Below are positions 29,853-40,119 of a DNA stretch of 64,000 nt, in pieces (within the stretch, counting starts at the first letter, position 1; every line of letters starts with the position of its first letter). The stretch covers positions 302,039 to 366,038 of the forward strand of contig CAWGRH010000001.1 in the NCBI GenBank assembly GCA_963824905.1, in the 5' to 3' direction. The position numbers and the translations under genes are program-made. The notes beneath the pieces were generated by a model. It was not told the origin of the DNA, ran no database searches, and saw only the letters and a list, made by a program, of their open reading frames with translations. Source of the DNA: an uncultured Alphaproteobacteria bacterium. Its GTDB lineage: Bacteria; Pseudomonadota; Alphaproteobacteria; Rhizobiales; Xanthobacteraceae.

Positions 29853-31070
29853 ATGGAAGAATTTTACCGCATCCGCCGTTTGCCGCCCTATGTGTTCGAG
29901 CAGGTGAACCGGGCCAAGGCGGCTGCGCGCAATGCCGGAGCCGACATCGTCGATCTCGGCATGGGCAATCCCGATCTGCCGACGCCCGCCCATGTCATCG
30001 ATAAGCTCAAGGAGACCGTCGGGCGGCCGCGCACCGACCGTTATTCCGCCTCCAAGGGCATTGCCGGGCTGCGCCGCGCCCAGGCCGGCTATTACGCCCG
30101 CCGCTTCGGGGTGAAGCTCAATCCCGACACCCAGATCGTGGCGACGCTCGGCTCCAAGGAGGGCTTCGCCAACGTCGCCCAGGCGATCGCTGCGCCGGGC
30201 GACGTCGTGCTGGTGCCGAACCCGAGCTACCCGATACACGCCTTCGGCTTCCTGATGGCGGGCGGCGTCATTCGCTCGGTGCCGTCGGATCCGACGCCGT
30301 CGTTCTTCGAGGCGGTCGAGCGCGCCTGCATGCACTCGATCCCGAAGCCGTTGGCACTCGTCGTGTGTTATCCGGCAAACCCGACCGCGGCGGTCGCCGA
30401 TCTCGACTTCTACAGGGACCTCGTCGCCTTCGCCAAGAAACACAACCTCATCATTCTCTCCGACCTCGCCTATGCCGAGGTCTATTTCGACAACAAGCCG
30501 CCGCCATCGATCCTTCAGGTGCCGGGCGCGAATGACGTCGCGGTCGAGTTCACCTCGATGTCGAAGACCTATTCGATGCCGGGCTGGCGCATGGGGTTCG
30601 CGGTCGGCAACGAGCGCATTATCGCCGCGCTCGCCCGCGTCAAATCCTATCTCGATTACGGCGCCTTCACGCCGATCCAGGTCGCGGCGACCGCGGCCCT
30701 CAACGGGCCCGACGACTGCATCCGCGAGATGCGCGACATCTACAAGCGCCGCCGCGACGTGCTGGTCGAGAGCTTCGGCCGTGCCGGCTGGGAGATTCCA
30801 TCGCCGCGCGCCTCGATGTTCGCCTGGGCGCCGCTGCCGGAGGCGTTCCGCACCCTTGGGACCGTCGAGTTCTCGACCCTGCTCATCGAGAAGGCGGAGA
30901 TCGCGGTGTCCCCCGGCATCGGCTTCGGTGAGCACGGCGAAGGCCATGTGCGCATCGCCCTTGTGGAGAACGAGCAGCGCATCCGCCAGGCGGCGCGAAA
31001 CCTGCGCCGCTTCCTTGAAACCGCGCCGGAAAAGTTGCACAACGTCGTCCCTCTCGCGAAGCGCCGCTGA
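29853..31070 (+). CDS. class I/II PLP-dependent aminotransferase (AlaC / DapL-like)
   Basis: RLPPYVFEQVN..., SMSKTYSMPGWRMGF with the PLP lysine. GGAGATTGGGAAG RBS. Conserved neighbour of hom in Rhizobiales. Confidence 0.9.
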   Translation: MEEFYRIRRLPPYVFEQVNRAKAAARNAGADIVDLGMGNPDLPTPAHVIDKLKETVGRPRTDRYSASKGIAGLRRAQAGYYARRFGVKLNPDTQIVATLGSKEGFANVAQAIAAPGDVVLVPNPSYPIHAFGFLMAGGVIRSVPSDPTPSFFEAVERACMHSIPKPLALVVCYPANPTAAVADLDFYRDLVAFAKKHNLIILSDLAYAEVYFDNKPPPSILQVPGANDVAVEFTSMSKTYSMPGWRMGFAVGNERIIAALARVKSYLDYGAFTPIQVAATAALNGPDDCIREMRDIYKRRRDVLVESFGRAGWEIPSPRASMFAWAPLPEAFRTLGTVEFSTLLIEKAEIAVSPGIGFGEHGEGHVRIALVENEQRIRQAARNLRRFLETAPEKLHNVVPLAKRR

Positions 31071-31112
31071 TCCGCGGCGTAGATCGGCGTCATCGGCTCT
31101 TGCGGACGTTCC

Positions 31113-32438
31113 ATGGTCGCGCCCCTCAAAGCGGGTCTTGCCGGGCTCGGCACGGTCGGTTCCGCCGTGGTGCGGCTGCTTGCCCAGCACCGCGATGAGC
31201 TTGCGCAGCGCTGCGGCCGCGCCATCGACGTGGTCGCGGTCACCGCCCGCGATCCCGCGCGGGCGCGTGATCTCGGCGGCGCCAAGCCGCGTTGGGTGGC
31301 CGACCCCGTTGCGCTCGCGACCGACCCCGAGATCGACGTCTTCGTCGAATTGATGGGCGGGGAGGGCGACCCCGCCAAAACCGCCGTCGAGGCCGCGCTT
31401 TCGGGAAGCAAATCGGTCGTCACCGCCAACAAGGCGCTGCTCGCCAGGCACGGCTTCGAGTTGGCGACGCTCGCCGAGCAGAACGGCGTCGCGCTCAATT
31501 TCGAGGCCGCGGTGGGCGGCGCGATCCCGATCGTGAAGACCCTGCGCGAAGGGCTCGCCGGCAACTCCATCGGGCGCGTCTACGGCATCCTTAACGGCAC
31601 CTGCAATTACATCCTCACCCGCATGGAGCAGGAGCGGCTGTCGTTTGCCGATTGCCTCAAGGATGCCCAGCGGCTCGGCTACGCGGAGGCCGACCCGACC
31701 TTCGATGTCGAGGGCTTCGACACCGCCCAGAAGCTCGCCATTCTGGCGGGCATCGCGTTCGGCGCCCAGGTCAACCCGGAGGCGGTGTTCGTCGAAGGCA
31801 TCTCCTCGATCGCCGCCGAAGATCTCGAAGCGGCGAGCGAGCTCGGCTACCGGGTGAAGCTGCTGGGCGTCGCGGTCCGCACCGCGCAGGGAATCGAGCA
31901 GCGCGTCCATCCGACCATGGTGCCGAAGGAAAGCGCCATCGCCCAGGTCATGGGGGTGACCAACGCGGTCTCGATCGATGCCGTGGGCATCCTTCCGATC
32001 ACGCTGGTCGGCCCGGGTGCCGGCGGCGAAGCGACGGCCTCGGCCGTGGTCACCGATCTCGGCGACATCGCTCGCGGCGTGCGCCACCCCGCATTCGGCC
32101 GGCCCTATGACGGCCTTCTCGAGACCAAGCAGGCGCCGATGCAGCGCCACGAAGGCGGCTACTACATCCGCCTGCTCGCGCTCGATCGTCCCGGCACCTT
32201 CGCGACCATCGCCAAGCACCTTGCCGACGAGGCGATCTCGCTCGAATCGATCGTGCAGCGCCGGCGCGGCGAACGGCCGCATGGCGGCGACGACCCGAAG
32301 AGCCCCGCCATGCCCGCGCCGGTCATTCTGATCACATATGCCACCACCGAGGATGCGGTGCGCCGCGCGCTTGCTGCGATCAAGGCCGAGGGCGTGCTCG
32401 CAGGGCAGCCCCAGGTCATTCGCATCGAAAAGAATTAG
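31113..32438 (+). CDS. hom: homoserine dehydrogenase
   Basis: GLGTVGSAV NAD fold, catalytic domain and C-terminal ACT domain (YYIRLLALDRPGTFATIA). Confidence 0.95.
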   Translation: MVAPLKAGLAGLGTVGSAVVRLLAQHRDELAQRCGRAIDVVAVTARDPARARDLGGAKPRWVADPVALATDPEIDVFVELMGGEGDPAKTAVEAALSGSKSVVTANKALLARHGFELATLAEQNGVALNFEAAVGGAIPIVKTLREGLAGNSIGRVYGILNGTCNYILTRMEQERLSFADCLKDAQRLGYAEADPTFDVEGFDTAQKLAILAGIAFGAQVNPEAVFVEGISSIAAEDLEAASELGYRVKLLGVAVRTAQGIEQRVHPTMVPKESAIAQVMGVTNAVSIDAVGILPITLVGPGAGGEATASAVVTDLGDIARGVRHPAFGRPYDGLLETKQAPMQRHEGGYYIRLLALDRPGTFATIAKHLADEAISLESIVQRRRGERPHGGDDPKSPAMPAPVILITYATTEDAVRRALAAIKAEGVLAGQPQVIRIEKN

Positions 32439-32488
32439 ATCGAGAACAACCGGGCGGACGCGCCGGAAAGAGTCAGGAAGGACATTCG

Positions 32489-33488
32489 ATGGGGTCGAGC
32501 TCGAGCAGCAACACCAGCACGGCGCTGGACCGCATTCTCGCGTTGGAGATCGCACGGGTGACCGAGCGTGCGGCGGTCGCCGCCGCCTATCTGCGCGGTC
32601 GGGGCGACGAGAAGGCGGCGGACCAGGCCGCGGTCGACGCGATGCGGCGCGAGATGAACAATCTGCCGATCATCGGCACCGTGGTGATCGGGGAGGGCGA
32701 GCGCGACGAGGCGCCGATGCTCTTCATCGGCGAGAAGGTCGGCGGCGGCCGCGGCGGTCCCAAGGTCGACATCGCCGTCGATCCCCTCGAAGGCACTACG
32801 CTGTGCGCCAAGAACATGCCCGGCGCGATCGCCACCATGGCGGTGGCGGAGGGCGGCTCGCTGCTGAACGCGCCCGACGTCTACATGGAGAAGATCGCCG
32901 TCGGACCCGGCTACGCGCCGGGCGTGGTCGATCTCGACGCGACGCCGGAGGAGAATATCCGCGCCCTCGCCAAGGCGAAGGGCGTCAAGCCCGCCGAGAT
33001 CACCGCGCTCATCCTCGACCGTCCGCGTCACGCCGACCTCGTCGCCGCGGTGCGCAAGGCCGGCGCCTCCGTGCGCTTCATCACCGACGGCGACGTCGCC
33101 GGGGTGATCCACACCGCCGATCCCGAGACCACCGGCATCGATATCTACCTGGGGATCGGCGGCGCCCCGGAGGGCGTGCTCGCCGCCGCGGCGCTCGCCT
33201 GCATCGGCGGGCAGATTCAGGGACGTCTCGTGCTCGACACCGAGGAGAAGCGCAGCCGCGCCGCCAAGATGGGGGTCAAGGACCCGGCCAAGAAATACCG
33301 CATGGAGGACATGGTGCGGGGCGACTGCGTGTTCGCCGCGACCGGCGTCACCACCGGGTCGCTTGCTCGAAGGCGTGCGCTTCAAGCCCGGCACGGTCGA
33401 GACCGAGACCGTGGTGATGCGCGCCGCCACCGGCACCGTGCGCTGGATCCGCGCCGAGCATCGGCAGCTGGAGAAGTTTTTGTTGTAA
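32489..33488 (+). pseudogene. glpX: class II fructose-1,6-bisphosphatase GlpX, one extra base near 33364-33365
   Basis: A GlpX sequence up to ...VFAATGVTTGSL. The remaining conserved C-terminus LEGVRFKPGTVETETVVMRAATGTVRWIRAEHRQLEKFLL* lies in the +1 frame. Confidence 0.88.
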
Positions 33489-33501
33489 TCCGTTGGTTTC
33501 C

Positions 33502-33616
33502 GACCTCGTCCTGAGGAGCCTGCGAAGCAGGCGTCTCGAAGGACGGCCGCAGGCCGCAGCGTATGGGGCCATCCTTCGAGACGCCGTGCTGCGCAAGGCT
33601 CCTCAGGATGAGGTCG
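33502..33616. repeat. intergenic palindromic repeat, family F (gacctcgtcctgaggagc ... gctcctcaggatgaggtc)
   Basis: A long imperfect palindrome of about 115 bp. A second copy lies at 36938-37048. Confidence 0.88.
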
Positions 33617-33760
33617 TTCATTCACAAGATCTCAGATGTACTCTACTGCGCCCTCGCGGCGGTGGATGACGGCCTTCGGGGCGATTGCGGGGCCATCCGT
33701 TTGCTATAATGCGAATCGCGACATGTCCGCACCGGCGCGGACCGTCGCCCGCAAAAGCAC

Positions 33761-35581
33761 ATGACCATCGCTCCACTGCATCGCCACTTCCTCGGCGTCG
33801 AACGCTCCGTGACCGGGCGCGCATGGCGTGACCGGCTCGACGACCGCGGCAATGCGCGCGCGCTCGCGATCGTGCAGCGCCACGGTGTGCCGGAATTGCT
33901 GGCCCGCATCATTGCCGGCCGTGAGATCGAGTCCGATGCGGTCGGCCCCTATCTCGACCCGACACTCAAGGGCCTGATGCCGGACCCCGACGTGCTCACC
34001 GACATGGCGGTCGCGGCGACGCGCATCGCCGATGCGATCGAGCGTGGCGAGACCGTCGCCATCTTCGGCGACTACGACGTCGACGGCGCAACCTCGGCGG
34101 CGCTGCTCGCGAGCTTCCTGCGACGTGGCGGCCTCGACCCGCTGCTCCACATTCCCGACCGTATCTTCGAGGGATACGGGCCGAACGTCGAGGCGATCCG
34201 CGCGCTTGCCGAGCGCGGCGCGAAGCTCCTCGTCACCGTCGACTGCGGCACCACGAGCCTCGAGCCGCTCGCCGAAGCGGCGCGGCTCGGCCTCGATACC
34301 GTCGTCATCGACCACCATCAGGCCGACGAGGAATTGCCCAAGGCGGTGATCGTCAATCCGAACCGGAACGACGATCTCTCTTCGCTCGGCCATCTCGCCG
34401 CCGTCGGCCTGGTGTTCCTGACCATCGTCGCCGTGAACCGCGAGCTGCGCCGCCGCGGCTTCTGGAATGCATCACGGCCCGAGCCGGACCTGCTCGACTT
34501 CGTCGATCTCGTCGCGCTCGGCACCATCGCCGACGTGGTGCCGCTCGTCGGCCTCAACCGCGCCTTCGTCACCAAGGGCCTGATCGCAATGCGGCGGCGC
34601 GAGCGGGTCGGGCTCACCGCGCTGATCGATGCGGCGCGGCTCACCGGGCCGCCGGAGCCCTGGCATCTCGGCTTCATGCTGGGTCCGCGCATCAATGCCG
34701 GCGGCCGGATCGGGCGCGCCGATCTCGGCGCCCGGCTGCTGCTGTGCGAGGACCCCTCGGAAGCGGCGGCGATGGCCGCCGAGCTCGACCATCTCAACCG
34801 CGAGCGCCAGACGATCGAGATCGCCGCTGTCGCCGAAGCCGAGGCGGAGGCGATGGCGGCGCTCGGCCTCGAGGACCGCGGCGCCGCCGTGGTCACCGCC
34901 TCGCCGCGCTGGCATCCCGGGGTCGTGGGGCTCGTCGCCGCGCGCTTGAAGGAGCGGTTCGGCCGGCCGGCTTTTGCGGTCGCGCTCGGGCCGGGCGACG
35001 TCGGCTCGGGCTCCGGCCGCTCGATCCCGGGCGTCGATCTCGGCCGCGCGGTGCGCCATGCGGTGACCGAGGGCCTGCTGGTGAAGGGCGGCGGCCACGC
35101 CATGGCCGCCGGCATCACCTTGCGCAAGGACGCGCTCGGGGCGTTCCGCGCCTATCTCGAAGAGACGCTCGCCCCGGCCGTCGAAGCGGCGCGGCGCGAC
35201 GATGCGCTGCTCGTCGACGGCGCGCTCACCGCGCGGGCGGCCAATGCCGAGCTGCATGCGACCATCGCCCGCGCCGGTCCCTTCGGCGCCGGCAATCCGG
35301 AGCCGGTGATCGCGTTGCCGGCCCACACCGTCGCCTATGCCGAGGAGGTCGGCCAGGCCCATGTGCGCGCCCGCTTCCAGGCCGGCGACGGCAGCGCCAT
35401 CGGTGCGATCGCCTTTCGGGCGGTGGGGCAGAAGCTCGGCCAGGCGCTGCTCACGAACCGCGGCCGCCCGGTCCATGCGCTCGGCTCGCTCTCGCTCGAC
35501 CGCTGGCAGGGCGAGGAGCGCATGCAGTTCCGCCTGATCGACGTCGCCTCCGCCGATCCGGTCGATCGTGTGCGCGGATAG
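33761..35581 (+). CDS. recJ: single-stranded-DNA-specific exonuclease RecJ
   Basis: DHH motifs (IFGDYDVDGATS, VTVDCG, VIDHH) and DHHA1 (GGGHAMAAG). Confidence 0.95.
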   Translation: MTIAPLHRHFLGVERSVTGRAWRDRLDDRGNARALAIVQRHGVPELLARIIAGREIESDAVGPYLDPTLKGLMPDPDVLTDMAVAATRIADAIERGETVAIFGDYDVDGATSAALLASFLRRGGLDPLLHIPDRIFEGYGPNVEAIRALAERGAKLLVTVDCGTTSLEPLAEAARLGLDTVVIDHHQADEELPKAVIVNPNRNDDLSSLGHLAAVGLVFLTIVAVNRELRRRGFWNASRPEPDLLDFVDLVALGTIADVVPLVGLNRAFVTKGLIAMRRRERVGLTALIDAARLTGPPEPWHLGFMLGPRINAGGRIGRADLGARLLLCEDPSEAAAMAAELDHLNRERQTIEIAAVAEAEAEAMAALGLEDRGAAVVTASPRWHPGVVGLVAARLKERFGRPAFAVALGPGDVGSGSGRSIPGVDLGRAVRHAVTEGLLVKGGGHAMAAGITLRKDALGAFRAYLEETLAPAVEAARRDDALLVDGALTARAANAELHATIARAGPFGAGNPEPVIALPAHTVAYAEEVGQAHVRARFQAGDGSAIGAIAFRAVGQKLGQALLTNRGRPVHALGSLSLDRWQGEERMQFRLIDVASADPVDRVRG

Positions 35582-35658
35582 TCAGTCGGGGTAGTCGCGT
35601 TGGCGAGGATAGGGCGCTCTGCTCTGTCTCCCCGCGGTGCTGCCGCGTTATTTTCTGC

Positions 35659-35751
35659 GCGTCATGGCCGGGCTTGACCCGGCCACCCCGCTTAACGAGG
35701 CACCGCCGTGCCACATGATCGGGGTCGCCGGGTCAAGCCCGGCGATGACGC
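35659..35751. repeat. intergenic palindromic repeat, family B (gtcatcgccgggcttgacccggcgatc type)
   Basis: The arms are gtcatggccgggcttgacccggcc and gtcgccgggtcaagcccggcgatgac. Copies lie at 38430 and 45934. Confidence 0.85.
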
Positions 35752-35925
35752 TCAAGGGGGGCCGGCGCCGGCGCACCGCACCAGCGCCCGTTCGCGGCAT
35801 CCGCTGCGCCGAACTTGGCCCGCACGCAGGAAGGGATTGGCTGTCTCCAAGAATGCGATGGACTTTGCCGGGGCCGCAGGTGTAGCGGATCGAGCACCGA
35901 ACACACGCCCCTACCTGGAACCTCC

Positions 35926-36915
35926 ATGTCCAATCTCAATCTGTCCGTCGCGGTCGGCGACTACGATCGCAACCGTCCGCTGATCAACGGCGCCGTCCGC
36001 ATCGACGGCGTCGACCCCGTGTTCATGACGCTGTCGCCGGAGGAAATCTTCTTCCGCGCCTTCCGCTCGGTCGATTTCGACATCTGCGAGCTGTCGCTGT
36101 CGAGCTTCACGGTGAAGACCGCGCTCGGCGACTGCCCCTATGTCGGCATCCCCGCCTTCGTGTCGAAGGCGTTCCGCCACACCTCGATCTATGTGCGCAC
36201 CGACCGCATCAAGGAGCCGAAGGATCTCAAGGGCAAGAAGGTCGGCGTGCCCGAGTATCAGCTCACCGCCAACGTGTGGGCACGCGCGATCCTCGAGGAC
36301 GATTTCGGCGTGATGCCGGCCGACATCCACTGGATCCGCGGCGGCATCGAGGAGCCGGGGCGGCCGGAGAAGATCACGGTGAAGCTGCCGCCCGGCGTGC
36401 GGCTCGACAACGCGCCGGAAGGTGCGACGATCTCAGGCCTGCTCGAGCGCGGCGACATCGACGGCTTCATCGCGCCGCGTCCGCCGTCCCTCGTCGAAGG
36501 CGGCAATCCCAACGTGGGCTGGCTGTTTCGCGATCCCGTCGCGGCGGCGAAGGACTGGTACAAGCGCACGGGCATCTTCCCGATCATGCACCTCATCGGC
36601 ATTCGCCGCACGCTCGCCGAGAAGCACCCGTGGCTGCCGGTCGCTGTGTTCAAGGCGTTCGAGCAGTCGAAGACGGCGGCGCTCGCGGCGCTGAGCGACA
36701 CCTCGGCGACCAAGGTGACGCTGCCCTTCGTCGAGGAGACGCTCAAGTCGGTGCGCGAGACGATGGGCAACGACTTCTGGTCCTACGGCGTCGAGCCCAA
36801 CCGCACGGCGCTGGAGGTTTTCCTGCGCCACCACCATTCGCAGGGCCTGTCGCCACGGCTGATGAAGGTCGAGGAGATGTTCCACCCCTCGGTCTACGAG
36901 ACGTTCAAGTTGTGA
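35926..36915 (+). CDS. 4,5-dihydroxyphthalate decarboxylase (PhtD)-like / SBP-fold protein
   Basis: 329 aa with no signal peptide. Starts MSNLNLSVAVGDYDRNRPLINGAVRIDGVDP, the pattern I recall for the PhtD-like family. The assignment is from memory. Confidence 0.7.
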   Translation: MSNLNLSVAVGDYDRNRPLINGAVRIDGVDPVFMTLSPEEIFFRAFRSVDFDICELSLSSFTVKTALGDCPYVGIPAFVSKAFRHTSIYVRTDRIKEPKDLKGKKVGVPEYQLTANVWARAILEDDFGVMPADIHWIRGGIEEPGRPEKITVKLPPGVRLDNAPEGATISGLLERGDIDGFIAPRPPSLVEGGNPNVGWLFRDPVAAAKDWYKRTGIFPIMHLIGIRRTLAEKHPWLPVAVFKAFEQSKTAALAALSDTSATKVTLPFVEETLKSVRETMGNDFWSYGVEPNRTALEVFLRHHHSQGLSPRLMKVEEMFHPSVYETFKL

Positions 36916-36937
36916 GAGGGGCGCGCGGTTCGCCTGA

Positions 36938-37048
36938 GACCTCGTCCTGAGGAGCGCCCGAAGGGCGCGTCTCGAAGGGCGGCCCCACATGCAGCGGCTG
37001 TGGCCATCCTTCGAGACGCCGGCTGCGCCGGCTCCTCAGGATGAGGTC
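36938..37048. repeat. intergenic palindromic repeat, family F
   Basis: Same termini as 33502-33616. It sits between convergent genes. Confidence 0.88.
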
Positions 37049-37059
37049 AGTCGGAGCGC

Positions 37060-38010
37060 TTACTTCTGAATCTTCACCAGCTCCGCCACCTGCTCCTTGG
37101 TCAGCGGCGCCGGGATGAATTTCAGCGCCACCGCTTCGGCGAGGAGCGAATCCATGCCGTGGATTTGGTCGGGCTCGACGAGCGCTCGCGGGAAGAAATC
37201 GTCGCGCACGTGACGCGCCACCGCCTCGGAGACGCCGGCGAACTCGGCGTAGTCCTTCATCACCTGCGGGTTGTCGCTGTACATGTAGGCGATGGTCTCG
37301 CGGTAGGCCTTCATGAAGCGGTCGAACACGTCCTTGCGCTTCACGAGCGCATCCGCATTGGCGACGACGACGCGGATGGTCTGGCCGCGCACCAGCGCGG
37401 AGTCGGACGCGCGGGCGACGACGCGGGTCTTGCCCTCGTCGATCTCCTTCAGCCCGAACGGCGGCGAGGCCCAGCCGACGTCGACCTGGTCCGTCATGAC
37501 GGCGGTGAGCGTCGAGGAGGGATTGCCGGTCGTCATCGGCTTCACCTTGAGCTTGTACTCGTCGATGAAGGCCCGGACGATCGAATTGGTCGACGATCCC
37601 CGCGTGGAGAATGCGATGGTGTTCTTGTCGGTGAGATCGGTCAGCTTCTTGATCGGCGACGACGTCTTCGCATACCAGTAGTCGGCGGCGCCGGTCGCCT
37701 CGGCGGCGATGATGCGCACCGGGGCGCCCTTGGAGAAGGCGGCGATGGCGCCGATCGTGCCCACGGCCACGCCGGCATCGGCGGCGCCGGCGATCACCGG
37801 CTGGAGCGTCTCGCCGCTCCCGGAGGTGTAGATCATCTCGACGTCGATACCATGCTTCTTGAAGATGCCGGCCTTGGCGCCGAGTTGGGCGATCGAGGTG
37901 TCCCAGTTGCCGCGCTGGCCGATCGTCAGCTTGACGACGTCGTCGGCGCGGGCGGGCAGGGCAGCGATCGCGAGTGCCGCGGCGAGAGCAAAGCCGGTAA
38001 TTCTATTCAT
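37060..38010 (-). CDS. ABC transporter substrate-binding protein (NMT1/THI5-like, NitT/TauT family)
   Basis: Signal peptide ...ALPARADD. 316 aa. Last gene of the minus-strand ABC operon. Confidence 0.85.
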   Translation of the reverse strand: MNRITGFALAAALAIAALPARADDVVKLTIGQRGNWDTSIAQLGAKAGIFKKHGIDVEMIYTSGSGETLQPVIAGAADAGVAVGTIGAIAAFSKGAPVRIIAAEATGAADYWYAKTSSPIKKLTDLTDKNTIAFSTRGSSTNSIVRAFIDEYKLKVKPMTTGNPSSTLTAVMTDQVDVGWASPPFGLKEIDEGKTRVVARASDSALVRGQTIRVVVANADALVKRKDVFDRFMKAYRETIAYMYSDNPQVMKDYAEFAGVSEAVARHVRDDFFPRALVEPDQIHGMDSLLAEAVALKFIPAPLTKEQVAELVKIQK

Positions 38011-38101
38011 GGATGACCTCCCGTTTCCCCCGTTCTAGCGCGGCGGGCGCGCAAAGCGAAGCGTGCCGCCGTGTCGCAACCCAGGCCATCGAGCCGGGTG
38101 C

Positions 38102-38383
38102 CTACTCGGCCATCGAGGGGTCTATCATGCGTACGACGCGCCGGATTTTCAGGCCGGCCGTGTACGCATTGGTCTTCTTGACCCATTCGGCATAGGTCGC
38201 CTCGTCGTCGACGGCGATCACGGTGAACAGTTTCTCCTCGGTCGCATAGGTACAGAGCCAGTGGTACCTGCCGGCAAGCTCGGCGATGGCGTTCACCGAA
38301 ACCCGGGCATGCCACGCGACCTCCTTGTCGCTCGCCAGATTGAACGTCGGAGGCCGGTCACGTTCCACGATGAGCTTGATCAT
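38102..38383 (-). CDS. DUF4242 domain-containing small protein
   Basis: MIKLIVERDRPP...HWLCTYATEEKLFTVIAVDDEATYAEWVKK... resembles the DUF4242 (SCO4226-like) pattern. AGGGGAG RBS at the chosen ATG. Confidence 0.65.
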   Translation of the reverse strand: MIKLIVERDRPPTFNLASDKEVAWHARVSVNAIAELAGRYHWLCTYATEEKLFTVIAVDDEATYAEWVKKTNAYTAGLKIRRVVRMIDPSMAE

Positions 38384-38429
38384 GGTGCTCCCCTGTGTGT
38401 GCGCTACGAACCAGTGTCGTCGCCTCGGA

Positions 38430-38551
38430 GTGTCATCGCCCGGCTTGACCGGGCGATCCAGTAACCGCCGGACCTCGTGATGGGGCAAAGCCTCTGCAAC
38501 ATCAGCAGCACAGGGGTTACTGGATTGCCCGGTCAAGCCGGGCAAGGACAG
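38430..38551. repeat. intergenic palindromic repeat, family B, inside the ABC operon
   Basis: The arms are gtcatcgcccggcttgaccgggcgatccagtaac and gttactggattgcccggtcaagccgggc. Confidence 0.85.
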
Positions 38552-38575
38552 TTGTGGATGAGGCGACCGCGCCGG

Positions 38576-39370
38576 TTACCGCTGGCGGATGCTGCTGAGC
38601 CCACCGAGCCTGCCGACCAGCGCGTTGGCGCCGATCGCGACCACGAACAGCACGATCAGCATGGCGTACATTTTCGGCATGTCGAACAGGCTGTAGGCCT
38701 GGATGATGAGGAAGCCGATGCCCTGGTTGGAGAGCTTGGTCTCGGCGAGCAGCGTGCCGATGATGGCGACGCCGAGGCCGAGGCGCACGCCGTTGATCAT
38801 GGGATGGCGCATCGCCGGGAGGTAGATCTTCGCCGCCATCTGCCAGGCATTGGCGCGGAAGCTCTTGCCGACCCGGATCAGCACCTTGTCGATCTGGCGC
38901 ATTCCGGCGGCGGTCGAGAGCGCGATCGGGAAGAAGCAGGAGATCGCGCCCATCGCGACCTTCGATCCCGGCCCGACACCGAACCACATGATCATCACCG
39001 GGAAGAAGATGATCTTCGGCGTCGGCCCGAGATAATAGAGGTAGGGCTCGTAGGCCTTGGCGAGCAGCCGGCTGCCGCCGATCGCGAGCCCGACAAGGAC
39101 GCCGGCGATGCCGCCGATGGCGAGCGCGGTGCCGACCTCGGCGGCGGTGACCCCGAGATTCCGGTAGAAGTCGAGGGTCGAGAGCAGCTTCGCGAGCGCG
39201 GCGCCGATCGCTAACAGCGAGGGCACCACATCGCGATAGAGGAGACCCGATTGCGCCAACGCCTCCCAGAACACCAGCACGCCGACGATGATCGCGATCC
39301 GCAGCAGCGTGACCGGATCGAACCGCGGAGCACGCGCCGCGGGCAGCGCTACTCGACCGGCGTCAGCCAT
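38576..39370 (-). CDS. ABC transporter permease (NitT/TauT family), second
   Basis: 264 aa with 6 TM segments and a BPD_transp_1 EAA-like loop (STAAGMRQIDKVLIRVGKSFRA). Confidence 0.88.
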   Translation of the reverse strand: MADAGRVALPAARAPRFDPVTLLRIAIIVGVLVFWEALAQSGLLYRDVVPSLLAIGAALAKLLSTLDFYRNLGVTAAEVGTALAIGGIAGVLVGLAIGGSRLLAKAYEPYLYYLGPTPKIIFFPVMIMWFGVGPGSKVAMGAISCFFPIALSTAAGMRQIDKVLIRVGKSFRANAWQMAAKIYLPAMRHPMINGVRLGLGVAIIGTLLAETKLSNQGIGFLIIQAYSLFDMPKMYAMLIVLFVVAIGANALVGRLGGLSSIRQR

Positions 39371-40119
39371 CGCTCGATCCGTTCGGTAAGGACGAAGAAG
39401 CAGATGCTCACGAGAATCACGAAGCAGATCGCGGCGTAGGTGCCGGGCAGGTCATAGCGCTCCGCGAGGTCGTTGATGAGCTGGCCGAGGCCGCCGAAAT
39501 TGATCAGGAACTCGACGCCGACCACGTTGATCAGGGTGAAGATCAGCCCGAGGCGCACGCCCACGAAGATCGTCGGCAGCGCCGCCGGAAACAGGATTTT
39601 CGTGAAAAGCTGAATGCCCGTGAGCTTGAGGCTGCGCCCGACATTGATGAGCACGCGCCGCGTCCCCGACAGGCCCTCGACGGTCTTGAGGATCACCGGC
39701 GGTAGGCCGGCGACGAAGCCCATCATGATGATGGTCCACACGCTTCGCCCGAAGATCACGAGGAACAAGGGATACATCAGCACCGTCGGTGCCGAGGCCA
39801 AGGCGGCGACCCAGGTCTCGGTCGCCTGGCGCAGCAGGGCGACGCGGTAGAGCAGGATGCCGATGGCGACGCCGACCACGGTAATCATCACGCCGGCGGT
39901 GAAAGCCTCGAAAAAGGTCAGGCGAAACCGTTCGGCGATGTCCTCCTCCTCGATGATGCGGCCGAAGGCGAGCACGATCTGCGAGGGCAGGGGCACGATG
40001 AAGCGGTTGATCAGGCCGACGCGGATCAGCACCTCGACGGCGAGAATGCCGACGATGAGGGTGCCGAAGCCGAGCACCGCCGGCGCCGCACGCGAGCGGG
40101 CGAGTGTGGCCGCCGTCAT
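39349..40119 (-). CDS. ABC transporter permease (NitT/TauT family), first
   Basis: MTAATLARS... start overlaps the ATPase stop (ATGA). EAA-like loop TVEGLSGTRRVLINVGRSLK. It forms the terminal part of the artefactual 1214-aa ORF. Confidence 0.88.
   Translation of the reverse strand: MTAATLARSRAAPAVLGFGTLIVGILAVEVLIRVGLINRFIVPLPSQIVLAFGRIIEEEDIAERFRLTFFEAFTAGVMITVVGVAIGILLYRVALLRQATETWVAALASAPTVLMYPLFLVIFGRSVWTIIMMGFVAGLPPVILKTVEGLSGTRRVLINVGRSLKLTGIQLFTKILFPAALPTIFVGVRLGLIFTLINVVGVEFLINFGGLGQLINDLAERYDLPGTYAAICFVILVSICFFVLTERIERWLTPVE

Noticed and set aside
33685-33710. A possible sigma70 promoter for recJ: TTGCGG-N14-TATAAT, with a perfect -10 hexamer that is rare in this GC-rich DNA.
   Set aside because: The spacer is only 14 nt, so this is not a canonical promoter. 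It is left unreported as a feature without TSS data.
38011-38101. A TPP (THI-box) riboswitch upstream of the NMT1/THI5-like binding-protein gene and within the ThDP-enzyme operon leader (42994-43400).
   Set aside because: No CUGAGA or ACCUGAU-type conserved THI-box elements are visible in either leader. The SBP family name alone does not imply thiamine regulation.
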